From NCBI GenBank assembly GCA_031549385.1, contig JAVBPW010000001.1:256001-320000 (forward strand): a stretch of 64,000 nucleotides of DNA. The letters are read 5' to 3'. A program made the position numbers and the translations under genes. This DNA comes from Alphaproteobacteria bacterium (lineage in GTDB: Bacteria; Pseudomonadota; Alphaproteobacteria; Rs-D84; SZUA-605). Every line of letters starts with the position of its first letter. Position 1 is the first letter of the stretch. This document shows positions 1-9,620 of the stretch, piece after piece. Under the pieces are notes generated by a model. The model saw only the letters and a program-made list of their open reading frames with translations. It was not told the origin of the DNA and made no database searches.

Positions 1-1220
<1,220 letters not shown>

Positions 1221-1224
<4 letters not shown>

Positions 1225-2027
1225 GCAACTTTCCTTATTTCGTTTTGGTTATTTCTTTGTAGTAATTCTGACGCTAAGGATATGTATGATTTTGATCCAG
1301 CACAATTTAAATCATATAATAAAACTGGCTTACCATGTGATGGAGCTTCTGTTATTCTTACGTTTCTTGGTATTACTGTTTCAAATACTAAATTCTTAAA
1401 ACATGAACGAACATCACTTTCAACTTGTCCTGAAATACTGTTGCGGTTATCAAACATTGTTAATACCACACCTTCAACTTCTAATGCTGGGTTATATTCG
1501 TGTTTTATTTGAGATATTGTTTTTACTAAGTTATGTATTCCTTCCAATGCAAAGAATTCACATTGTAATGGAATTAAAACTGAATCTGATGCAGATAGCG
1601 CGTTAATTGTTAAAAATGATAAAGCTGGTGGGCAATCAATAAACACATAGTCATATTTATCCTTTATACCTTCCAAAGCTGTTTTTAAACAAAAAGCCGG
1701 CGAAATATGATTTGCTAGCTCATTTTCAGCACGTGCAAGTGAAGTGTTTGATGTTATTATATCTAAATTTGGAATATTTGTTTTTGAAATTGCATAATGA
1801 ACCATGTTTGGATTTATTAACATGTCATACACTGTTACTGTACGAGCTTGAGCTGAAACACCTAATCCTGTAGAAGAATTTCCTTGTGAATCCATATCTA
1901 TAATCAAAACTTTCTTTTGTGTAGATACCAAGGCTGTGGCTAAATTTATTGTTGTTGTTGTTTTACCAACTCCACCTTTTTGATTTGCTACAGAAATTAT
2001 CTTTGCTTTTGTTGATAAAGTACTCAT
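1221..2027 (-). CDS. parA: Chromosome partitioning ATPase ParA/Soj
   Basis: Deviant Walker A NQKGGVGKTTT, IDCPP, PLQCEFFALEG, EAPSHG. Confidence 0.96.
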
Positions 2028-2155
2028 TTCTTCCCCTTAACTGATTTTACTCTCGGTCATCATTTTAATAAATAAAAAAGTAAGTGCAAGCACTTTCTTA
2101 GACTTTTTACTTGAACTTTTTCTTTTTTTAATATACATTATCTTCCTGTTAACGT

Positions 2156-2232
2156 GTGCCCTTAGCTCAGCAGGATAGAGCAACAGATTTCTAATCTGTG
2201 GGTCAGGGGTTCGAATCCCTTAGGGCACGCCA
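2156..2232 (+). tRNA. tRNA-Arg(TCT)
   Basis: GTGCCCT/AGGGCAC acceptor stem, anticodon arm ACAGA-TT-TCT-AA-TCTGT, GGTTCGAATCC, encoded CCA. Confidence 0.96.
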
Positions 2233-2253
2233 CCAACTTGAAGTTGGACACTT
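2233..2253 (+). repeat. Conserved tRNA 3'-trailer hairpin, copy 1 of 4
   Basis: C-CAACTTGAAGTTG-G-ACACTT directly after CCA. Confidence 0.85.
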
Positions 2254-2295
2254 TAGTTTTATATAATATAGAACGTAACTTGAATAAAAAATTAT

Positions 2296-2373
2296 GGCGG
2301 GTGTAGCTCAGTTGGTTAGAGCGCCAGTTTGTGGTACTGGATGTCGCCGGTTCGAACCCGGTCACTCGCCCCA
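2296..2373 (+). tRNA. tRNA-His(GTG) with encoded G-1
   Basis: G-GCGGGTG...CACTCGC-C-CCA, anticodon loop TT-GTG-GT. Confidence 0.95.
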
Positions 2374-2394
2374 TCAACTTGAAGTTGAACACTT
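2374..2394 (+). repeat. Conserved tRNA 3'-trailer hairpin, copy 2
   Basis: T-CAACTTGAAGTTG-A-ACACTT directly after CCA. Confidence 0.85.
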
Positions 2395-2448
2395 AATTTT
2401 GGATTTTATCAATTTTATTGATTTTGATTAAAAAAGAAAAGGGATTTT

Positions 2449-4116
2449 TTACTTCCCTTCTACTGATTTTAGCTTTTCTTTTAAATCTTCTTTTTCTATA
2501 TCACTTAAACCTTTATTGAAAAGTTCTGCTACTTCCCATTGATAACGAGCATCTCTGAACTTTCCTTGATCATAATATGCTTCGCCTAAATGAATTCTTA
2601 TTGGAGCGTGAGTTGCATTTCTTGAAACACATAATTCTAATAGTCTTATTGCTTCTTTTTGCTTTCCCATTTTGTATAGAGCCCATGCAAATGAATCTAT
2701 ATAATCAATATCTAATGGATTTGAAATTACTGCTTGTTCTATCATCTTTAAAGCATTATCTTGATTTTTATCATGATCTATCCAGAAATACCCTAAATAG
2801 TTTTGAACAACTGGATTGTTTGGTGAAAGAACTAATGCTGTTGCTAATAAATCTTCTACTTTATCAAACTTGCCTAATTTATCGTTGCATAATGCTAGAT
2901 AATAATAAATCTTCCAGTCTGTTGCTTTTTTATTATCTTTTATCTGTTTCTCGGCTGATGAGAATATTTCTAATGCTTTTTTGTAATTTGCTTGTTCAAT
3001 ATATTTTTCACCTAAATACATATAAGCAGTCATATAAAATGGATATTTAGAAATAATTCTTTTGAATATCTTTATTCCTTTTTCTTTATCCCCAGTTTTA
3101 TAAAGATTGTTTGCATACTTTAATTGTGTTGATGGATAAAGGTATGATGTTTTTGGTATTGATAAATATATTGCATTTGCTTTGTCTATTACATTTCTTG
3201 CTTCCCATACTTCTGCTAATAATACTTTTGAAAACTCATGATCCGGAGTTAAGTATAATGAAAGTTGAGTAAAGAACATTGACAGTTCCCAATTTGCAGG
3301 ATTAAATATTAATAATGCAAAATTAGAAAATGCTTCTGAAAAACCATCATTTACATTAGAAAATATGTTTGAATCCCCTGCTTTGTAATTTTGAATGTAG
3401 GAATTTAAAAGAGATGCCATACTTTCATCTATGATTTTTTCATTTACTACTTTTTGAGCTTCTTCAAATTTTGCTTGTTGGCAATAATATTGAACTAATA
3501 ATTGAGCTGCTCTTATACTTATGTTTTCTTTTTGAAATTTTGGTAAAAGTTCATTTATTGTTTTTTCATCTTTTAAATTAATCGCTAAATAAAGCTTGTT
3601 TTGATTTATTAAAGATGTTAATCCTTTTGAATTAATTTTACCAAGAGCATTATAAGCTGCTGTCTTATTATTTTGACCTGCATAAACCCATGCTGATAAT
3701 AAATGTTTTAAAATTTCTTGTTTTGATTCTTGTACTTTGTTTAAATCTTTTCTTGCTTGATCAAAGTTTCCTTCTTTTACTGACATTGCTACTTTTACAA
3801 AGTTTGCTGTGTTTTCTTTTTCAGGAGCTACTTCTGCTGCTCTTTTGAAATCACCCTCTATGATTGCTAAGATATATTCGCTTTTTTTTATTTCTGGAGA
3901 TGAATCTAGTTTTTCTAATTTATCAAAAAAGTTTGTTGCTGCATCAAAATCTGATGTCTTTTTTGCATATGTGCCTGCTAAATACAATGAATATTCATTT
4001 GGAGTTAGTGGTTTTGATGTTGTTAATGTTTCTCTTAAATCTAGTTTATCTTTTAAAATGATACATATTCCAAATATTAAAATTAGTATCCAGTATAGTT
4101 TATATCTTCTTGTCAT
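2449..4116 (-). CDS. TPR-repeat envelope protein
   Basis: N-terminal TM helix, multiple TPRs, NYLGY..W and YIDSFAWALYK motifs. ATG at 4116 has an AGGAG 8 nt upstream. Confidence 0.85.
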   Translation of the reverse strand: MTRRYKLYWILILIFGICIILKDKLDLRETLTTSKPLTPNEYSLYLAGTYAKKTSDFDAATNFFDKLEKLDSSPEIKKSEYILAIIEGDFKRAAEVAPEKENTANFVKVAMSVKEGNFDQARKDLNKVQESKQEILKHLLSAWVYAGQNNKTAAYNALGKINSKGLTSLINQNKLYLAINLKDEKTINELLPKFQKENISIRAAQLLVQYYCQQAKFEEAQKVVNEKIIDESMASLLNSYIQNYKAGDSNIFSNVNDGFSEAFSNFALLIFNPANWELSMFFTQLSLYLTPDHEFSKVLLAEVWEARNVIDKANAIYLSIPKTSYLYPSTQLKYANNLYKTGDKEKGIKIFKRIISKYPFYMTAYMYLGEKYIEQANYKKALEIFSSAEKQIKDNKKATDWKIYYYLALCNDKLGKFDKVEDLLATALVLSPNNPVVQNYLGYFWIDHDKNQDNALKMIEQAVISNPLDIDYIDSFAWALYKMGKQKEAIRLLELCVSRNATHAPIRIHLGEAYYDQGKFRDARYQWEVAELFNKGLSDIEKEDLKEKLKSVEGK

Positions 4117-4175
4117 TTTCAATTCTCCTTGCTAGTATAGCATAAACTAATGTTTTAAAAAAAAGAAGTGAAAAA

Positions 4176-4754
4176 ATGGACGAAAATAAAAAAAATTATC
4201 CTAAACTAGAATTATATTTGAACTTATTGAAAGAATGGAATGAGAAGTTTAATTTAGTTGCTCCTTCTACTATTGATAATGCATGGGAACGCCATTTTAT
4301 TGATAGTTTACAGTTAGAAGATTTATTACCTAATAAAGATGTTCTGATTTATGATTTAGGAGCTGGGGCTGGATTTCCTTCTTTAGTTTTATCTGCTCAA
4401 GGATACAAAAACGTATTTGCTGTAGAAAAACTAGCAAAGAAATGTGAATTTTTAAAAGAAGTTAAAAAACAACTCAATTTGCCTGTGAATATTTTAAATA
4501 CTAATATTTCTGCTTTAAAAATTAATAATAAGCCTATTTTTGTAGCAAGAGCGTTTGCTTCTTTGACTAAGATATTTGAAATAACTAAACCTTTTTTTAG
4601 ATTGAATCCCGAATATGTTTTGTTAAAAGGTGAAAACTGGGAAAGAGAAATTGAAGAAGTTAAACAGTATTTTAACTTTGATTTTAAAACTAAGCCCAGT
4701 ATTACTTCTGAAAAAAGTATGATTTTAATTATTAATAATGTGAGGAAGAAATAA
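4176..4754 (+). CDS. rsmG: 16S rRNA m7G527 methyltransferase RsmG (GidB)
   Basis: WNEKFNLV, RHFIDSLQL, DLGAGAGFPS, ARAFASL, LKG. Confidence 0.93.
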   Translation: MDENKKNYPKLELYLNLLKEWNEKFNLVAPSTIDNAWERHFIDSLQLEDLLPNKDVLIYDLGAGAGFPSLVLSAQGYKNVFAVEKLAKKCEFLKEVKKQLNLPVNILNTNISALKINNKPIFVARAFASLTKIFEITKPFFRLNPEYVLLKGENWEREIEEVKQYFNFDFKTKPSITSEKSMILIINNVRKK

Positions 4755-5392
4755 TGAAATATGTAGAAGAAATTTGTGAAATATTTAAAGACCTTATTCC
4801 AGAACCTGACAGTGAATTACAATATGACAATGAATGGACCTTTGCTGTTGCTGTTATTTTATCTGCTCAAGCAACCGATAAACGAGTTAATATTATAACT
4901 CAAGACTTGTTTAAAGTTGCTAAAACACCGGATGATTTTATTAAATTAGGTCTGGATGGGTTAATTCCTTATATTAAATCTATTAATTATTTTAATAATA
5001 AAGGAAAAAATATTATTGCAGCTGCTCATATGGTTAAAGATGAATTTGGTGGAAAACTTCCTCATACAAAAGAAGGATTATTAAAAATACCAGGTATTGG
5101 TAATAAAACTGCTGGAGTTATTATTAATCAATTATGGGATGGTGGATGTATTCCTGTTGATACACATGTTTTTAGAGTTGCTCATAGACTTGGCTGGGCT
5201 AGTGATAAAGATAATAATCCAGATAAGGTTTCTGAAACTTTAGATAAAATTATACCTCAAGAATATAAAAATGATATTTCTGATTGGATGGTTTTACATG
5301 GAAGATATACTTGCGTGGCTAAAAATCCTAAGTGTGATATTTGCCCTATTACTCAATATTGCGCTTATTATAAAAAATGTTTTAAGAGTTAA
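4754..5392 (+). CDS. nth: Endonuclease III
   Basis: VILSAQATD, HhH motif IPGIGNKTA, VDTHVFRV, C-x6-C-x2-C-x5-C 4Fe-4S motif. Confidence 0.95.
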   Translation: MKYVEEICEIFKDLIPEPDSELQYDNEWTFAVAVILSAQATDKRVNIITQDLFKVAKTPDDFIKLGLDGLIPYIKSINYFNNKGKNIIAAAHMVKDEFGGKLPHTKEGLLKIPGIGNKTAGVIINQLWDGGCIPVDTHVFRVAHRLGWASDKDNNPDKVSETLDKIIPQEYKNDISDWMVLHGRYTCVAKNPKCDICPITQYCAYYKKCFKS

Positions 5393-5446
5393 AAAACTTC
5401 TTGATTTTAAATTGTTCGTACATATAATAACTAATGCATCAAAAAT

Positions 5447-5520
5447 TGGGGAATCGTCTAATGGTAGGACATCGGTTTTTGGTACCGCGAATCAGGGTTC
5501 GAATCCTTGCTCCCCAACCA
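5447..5520 (+). tRNA. tRNA-Gln(TTG)
   Basis: TGGGGA.../TCCCCA-A-CCA, anticodon loop TT-TTG-GT, GGTTCGAATCC. Confidence 0.93.
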
Positions 5521-5540
5521 CCAACTTGAAGTAGACACTT
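5521..5540 (+). repeat. Conserved tRNA 3'-trailer hairpin, copy 3 (degenerate)
   Basis: C-CAACTTGAAGTAG-ACACTT directly after CCA. Confidence 0.8.
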
Positions 5541-5548
5541 TAAAAGAT

Positions 5549-5569
5549 AATCCCGTGTGGGATTTTTTT
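5549..5569 (+). terminator. Intrinsic terminator after tRNA-Gln
   Basis: AATCCC-GTGT-GGGATT followed by a T run. Confidence 0.6.
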
Positions 5570-5588
5570 ATTTCCTTAATTTTAAATA

Positions 5589-5604
5589 TGTTTCATGTGA
5601 AACA
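5589..5604. promoter_or_regulatory. parS centromere site 1
   Basis: TGTTTCATGTGAAACA, one mismatch from the consensus TGTTTCACGTGAAACA; about 4.4 kb from parB. Confidence 0.9.
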
Positions 5605-5687
5605 TTGAGATAAGTTGTTGTAATTGACTCGCATTTTGAATCGGGTCATTTTTATCTGTTTAAATATATCAAAAATGCATTTAAATA

Positions 5688-5703
5688 TGTTTCACGTGAA
5701 ACA
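5688..5703. promoter_or_regulatory. parS centromere site 2
   Basis: Perfect palindrome TGTTTCACGTGAAACA. Confidence 0.93.
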
Positions 5704-5748
5704 TTTGGATAACTTACTGTAAATGACTCGGATTTTTGAAAAAGTCGC

Positions 5749-6492
5749 TTAAAAGTCGTATTTTTTAGGTTTAAATGTAGTTTGAGCTTTTTCTTTACTC
5801 ATAACTTCATCTTTTTCATATAAGGATAAATCTTCTAATACTATTTTACCAAAATAAACTCTCATAACTGGTTTCTTTGGATTACTTAAATCTGATGCCC
5901 AAATTTGTGCTGCACCTTCTGTGTCGACTACATTAGGTTGACCATATTTTTCATAAACTCTTTGAAGGAATGCTCTTAGCTTTTCTTTTCTTTGGTATTC
6001 ATAAGCCTCACCAATACCTTCTACTTTATTGGCGTCGTTTTCATATTTGATTTGATATACTAAATTTTCTGTTTGATTTGAGGTAAAAAATAATTCTATT
6101 TTTTCACCAGTTTTATCATTTTGTAGCTTCATATAGTTTGTATAAACTTGCTTTTCTTTTGATGCCTGTTCTATTGTGCATCTTTTTAATTGCTCTGGAG
6201 TTTTAACTTTGCCCCCTCTTCTGCATTCATAATTATAGTTGTATTCAAAGAATTTTGGATAACGTGTGTCTTCTTTTACTACCTTGTAATCACTCTTACG
6301 AAGAGCTTCTTCTTTGATATATTCATAGGTTGAACCTAATACTATTTCATTGATATCAAAGACTTGAACCATTGCTATATTTGGTGAAATTTCCTTTGTT
6401 GTTGATGATTTAAATAAACCAAAAATTTGTGCTTCTGATTGTGAATGCATAAAAAAAGATACTGCAAATAATGGTAAAATCAACTTCCTCAT
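5749..6492 (-). CDS. Hypothetical exported protein
   Basis: Long ORF with signal peptide MRKLILPLFAVSFFMHSQSEA. ATG at 6492 lies 7 nt after TATAAT. Confidence 0.75.
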   Translation of the reverse strand: MRKLILPLFAVSFFMHSQSEAQIFGLFKSSTTKEISPNIAMVQVFDINEIVLGSTYEYIKEEALRKSDYKVVKEDTRYPKFFEYNYNYECRRGGKVKTPEQLKRCTIEQASKEKQVYTNYMKLQNDKTGEKIELFFTSNQTENLVYQIKYENDANKVEGIGEAYEYQRKEKLRAFLQRVYEKYGQPNVVDTEGAAQIWASDLSNPKKPVMRVYFGKIVLEDLSLYEKDEVMSKEKAQTTFKPKKYDF

Positions 6493-6535
6493 GTTTTTCA
6501 TTATAGAAAGCTTTTTATAAAAATAAAGGCTTTTT

Positions 6536-7099
6536 TTATTTTTTGATGTTTTTCAATAAAAAATGGTATGAAGCTGAAACTTGCTTGAACTTTTCTTCTT
6601 TTTCTTTATTTCCACCAGTTATATCTGGATGGTATCTTTTAGATAGTTCTTTGTATTTTTGATTAAGCTCTTTCTTGGTTGTTGGCCAAGAAATGCCTAA
6701 AATCTTTATTGCTGTTATATGTTCTCTTGGCAAATTGTTTAGTGTTGGGTCCCCTTTTGAGTTGCTTGTAAAGTCAAAATTTAGGTTATATTTTTCTAAG
6801 ATTTTAAACGGATCTTCCAAACCTTTTATTTTTTCAAGCACTTTTGGATTAATTCCTACACCCATTTTCCATGTCTTTCGTCGGCCTATTATATCAAAAT
6901 CATTTAACATTCCTATTTCTTTTTCATCCATATCTTTATAAAAATTCCAGTTTTTATTGTATTCTGAAGCATGTTTTTGACAGAAATAATGATAATCATG
7001 TGAATTCTTTTTAGGAGCTTTATGTAAACCCTCTTCTTTACAACCCTCTTGATCACAGGGTCTGAACTCTTTCTTTTCCTCTTTTTTTCTGTAATACAT
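6536..7099 (-). CDS. DnaJ-domain protein (alphaproteobacterial type with N-terminal Cys/His motif)
   Basis: C..EGC...G..KAPK...FC..H..EYNK.WN; C-terminal J domain with HPD. Confidence 0.88.
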   Translation of the reverse strand: MYYRKKEEKKEFRPCDQEGCKEEGLHKAPKKNSHDYHYFCQKHASEYNKNWNFYKDMDEKEIGMLNDFDIIGRRKTWKMGVGINPKVLEKIKGLEDPFKILEKYNLNFDFTSNSKGDPTLNNLPREHITAIKILGISWPTTKKELNQKYKELSKRYHPDITGGNKEKEEKFKQVSASYHFLLKNIKK

Positions 7100-7980
7100 T
7101 ACTTTTCCTTTTTTGATAATGGATGAAAATTTTGAACTGTTTTTACTAATCTTTCATCCATTATGTGAGTATAAATTTGAGTGGTTGATATATCTTCATG
7201 ACCTAATAACATTTGAACTGAACGTAAATCTGCACCACCTTCTATTAAATGAGATGCAAATGAATGGCGAAAAACGTGTGGAGAAACCTTTAATGGTGAA
7301 ATTCCTGCTGCTAATGCTTGCTTTTTTAACATCTTAAAAAATCCATCTCTGGAAATATAACCCTGTTCTGAGTCACTTGGAAATAGAAAGTTGGATATTT
7401 TACGGCCTTTAGGCAAGAAATTGTTGCGAATTTGTAAATATTTGATTAAGGATTCTTTTGCTTTACTATGAAGTGGTATTATTCTTTCTTTATTACCCTT
7501 CCCTGTTACTGATATTTGATCTTTTTCACCTATGAAGGCTGCCAATGGCAATGATACTAATTCTGAAACTCTTAAACCACAAGCATAAAGTAAATACATC
7601 ATAGCCATCAACCTTATACCATTATTATCATCTGGGGTTTTTAATATTAATTCTAGCTCATCCTGAGTTAAATATTTTGGAAGAGAATTTGTTCTTTTTG
7701 GATTTTCTATTTTTTCCATTGGTGATATTTTTATTTCTTTTTCTTCCATTAAGAATTTATAAAATGTTCTTAAAACTGATAGTTTTCTTGAAAGAGTTTT
7801 TTGACTTAATTCTTGTTCATACAAATATTGTATGTAGTTTTGAATATCTGATTTAGTCGCTTTAGTTATGTCATTTTTATAAAAAGAAATGAAATCCTGT
7901 AAATCCGTTTTATAGGAAAGGATTGTGTTTTTCGAATGCCCCTTTTGAGCAAATAACATTTCTAAGAATCTCTCTTGCAT
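7099..7980 (-). CDS. xerD: Tyrosine recombinase XerD
   Basis: LYACGLRVSELV, GKGNKERIIP, SPHVFRHSFASHL, LLGHEDISTTQIYTH. Confidence 0.9.
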   Translation of the reverse strand: MQERFLEMLFAQKGHSKNTILSYKTDLQDFISFYKNDITKATKSDIQNYIQYLYEQELSQKTLSRKLSVLRTFYKFLMEEKEIKISPMEKIENPKRTNSLPKYLTQDELELILKTPDDNNGIRLMAMMYLLYACGLRVSELVSLPLAAFIGEKDQISVTGKGNKERIIPLHSKAKESLIKYLQIRNNFLPKGRKISNFLFPSDSEQGYISRDGFFKMLKKQALAAGISPLKVSPHVFRHSFASHLIEGGADLRSVQMLLGHEDISTTQIYTHIMDERLVKTVQNFHPLSKKEK

Positions 7981-7986
7981 TCTTTA

Positions 7987-8015
7987 ATTATAGTTAATTA
8001 AAGGTGAAATTTCAA
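7987..8015 (-). promoter_or_regulatory. Sigma70 promoter of xerD (leaderless geometry)
   Basis: Minus strand reads TTGAAA-17 nt-TATAAT-6 nt-ATG. Confidence 0.6.
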
Positions 8016-8029
8016 TGAAACATTGATAA

Positions 8030-8165
8030 TTTTATTTTATAACATATTGTTTTTGGATTCTTATTTGACTCTTTAGTTTTAACTTAAATTTACTTAAAAT
8101 ACCGGCTTTTGATAAAGTTTTTATATTTTATAAGTGCTTGATCTTTGATTCTTATTTGACTCTTT
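8030..8165 (+). repeat. Two tandem copies of the dispersed CCGG/T-tract/TAA-N4-TTG/GANTC motif
   Basis: TATAACATATTGTTTTTGGATTCTTATTTGACTC and TATAAGTGCTTGATCTTTGATTCTTATTTGACTC. Further copies at about 11749, 13178, 13732, 16135 and 19115. Confidence 0.75.
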
Positions 8166-8245
8166 TGATATTTTTTATGATTCAATTTGAAGCTTCAAAT
8201 AATTTTAAGTGGTATATTCTTATTGCTTGGTTTATAATTTTTTAC

Positions 8246-9148
8246 ATGAATTTTGATAAATGGATTGTTATTGATAAGCCTTTAGGAATGACTAGTACAC
8301 AAGTACTTGGCAAAGTTAGAAAATTGTTAGGTGTAAAAAAAGTTGGCCATTTGGGTACACTTGATCCTTTAGCTACTGGAGTTTTACCTATTGCACTTGG
8401 AGAGGCTACTAAAACTATACCTTTTATTAATGACCATACAAAAGAATATGAATTTAATATAATATTTGGAATTGAGTCAGAAACACAGGATTTAGAAGGT
8501 ATAAACTTAGAAAATTTACACGATTTTGAATCTGTTAGCGAATCTGCAATAAGAGCTATTTTACCGGCTTTTAATGGAAAAATTACACAAACACCTCCTC
8601 AATATAGTGCTGTTAAGATTAATGGAGTACCTGCTTATAAGCTAGCAAGAGCAGGTGAGGTGGCTGAAATTAAGCCTAGGGAAGTTGAAATTTATAGCTT
8701 AAAATTTTTAGGAATGGTAAAACCTTATGAAGCTTCTTTTAAAGTTGTTTGTTCTACAGGAACTTATGTTAGGTCACTTGCTGTGGATATTTGTAAAAAA
8801 TTAGGAGTTAAAGGTGTTGTTTCTTTAATCCGCCGACTTCAATCTGGAGTGTTTAAAATTGAAGATTCTATTTTACTTGAAAATTTGGAAAAAATTTCTT
8901 ATAATTTGCCGGAATCGCAAAATGATGTCGTTAATGAAATATTTTTATCTTTAAATAAGGTTCTGGCCGACATCCCGGGTCTTGTTTTAAATCAAGATGA
9001 TATTTCATTGCTGCAACATGGGCAATTTGTGAAACACGAATTTGTTCAGGGTCAAGTTAGAATTGTCGATGACAAAAATAATTTGATTGCGATTGCAAAG
9101 AGTGAAGATGGATTTCTTAAACCTTTGCGAATTTTTAACAACAAATAA
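8246..9148 (+). CDS. truB: tRNA pseudouridine(55) synthase TruB
   Basis: DKPLGMTS, KVGHLGTLDPLATGVL, PPQYSAVK, CSTGTYVRSL. Start moved to the ATG at 8246. Confidence 0.95.
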   Translation: MNFDKWIVIDKPLGMTSTQVLGKVRKLLGVKKVGHLGTLDPLATGVLPIALGEATKTIPFINDHTKEYEFNIIFGIESETQDLEGINLENLHDFESVSESAIRAILPAFNGKITQTPPQYSAVKINGVPAYKLARAGEVAEIKPREVEIYSLKFLGMVKPYEASFKVVCSTGTYVRSLAVDICKKLGVKGVVSLIRRLQSGVFKIEDSILLENLEKISYNLPESQNDVVNEIFLSLNKVLADIPGLVLNQDDISLLQHGQFVKHEFVQGQVRIVDDKNNLIAIAKSEDGFLKPLRIFNNK

Positions 9149-9162
9149 AAAGGAGCATCGCG

Positions 9163-9432
9163 ATGTCGATTACTAAAGAAAAAAAAGCTGTTATCATTAA
9201 AGATAATGCTATTAGTGAAAAAGATACTGGATCTGCATTTGTGCAGGTTGCTGTTTTAACTGAACGTATTAATTCTTTAACTGAACATATGAAAGCTAAT
9301 AAAAAAGATTTCAATTGTCGTTTAGGATTAGAAAAGTTAGTTGGAAGACGTAAAAGATTATTAGCTTATTTGAAAGAAAATAATGCTAAGGCTTATGAAG
9401 AATTAATTAAAAAATTAGGACTTCGTAAATAA
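9163..9432 (+). CDS. rpsO: 30S ribosomal protein S15
   Basis: DTGS..VQVA.LT.RI, RKRLLAYL, LGLRK; truB-rpsO-pnp synteny. Confidence 0.97.
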   Translation: MSITKEKKAVIIKDNAISEKDTGSAFVQVAVLTERINSLTEHMKANKKDFNCRLGLEKLVGRRKRLLAYLKENNAKAYEELIKKLGLRK

Positions 9433-9440
9433 ATTGGAGG

Positions 9441-9461
9441 AGGGGTGTTTGCACCCCTTTT
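9441..9461 (+). terminator. Intrinsic terminator after rpsO
   Basis: AGGGGTG-TTTG-CACCCCT followed by Ts. Confidence 0.75.
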
Positions 9462-9462
9462 C

Positions 9463-9586
9463 TTGTAATATGGTAAAACATATTATATAATTGTGAATAA
9501 GATAAGGACAATATGTATAAAATAGTTTTTTTATACACAGTTTAAAAAGTTGTGCATAAGTAAGCTATTTATATTTTCCTTGTCTT
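9463..9586 (+). promoter_or_regulatory. pnp promoter and long 5'-leader hairpin
   Basis: TTGTAA(9463)-17 nt-TATAAT(9486), then an imperfect ~88-nt stem-loop at 9499-9586. Confidence 0.65.
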
Positions 9587-9620
9587 GAAGTTAACTTAAA
9601 CATTAAAAAGGAAAATAAAA

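Noticed and set aside
7099-7980. Tyrosine recombinase as a prophage or integron integrase
   Set aside because: Size and motifs fit housekeeping XerD. There is no IntI-specific insertion, no phage genes, and I saw no dif or att site nearby.
7981-8005. Possible CtrA box (TTAA-N7-TTAA)
   Set aside because: The spacing here is 6 nt, and TTAA pairs are expected by chance at this AT content.
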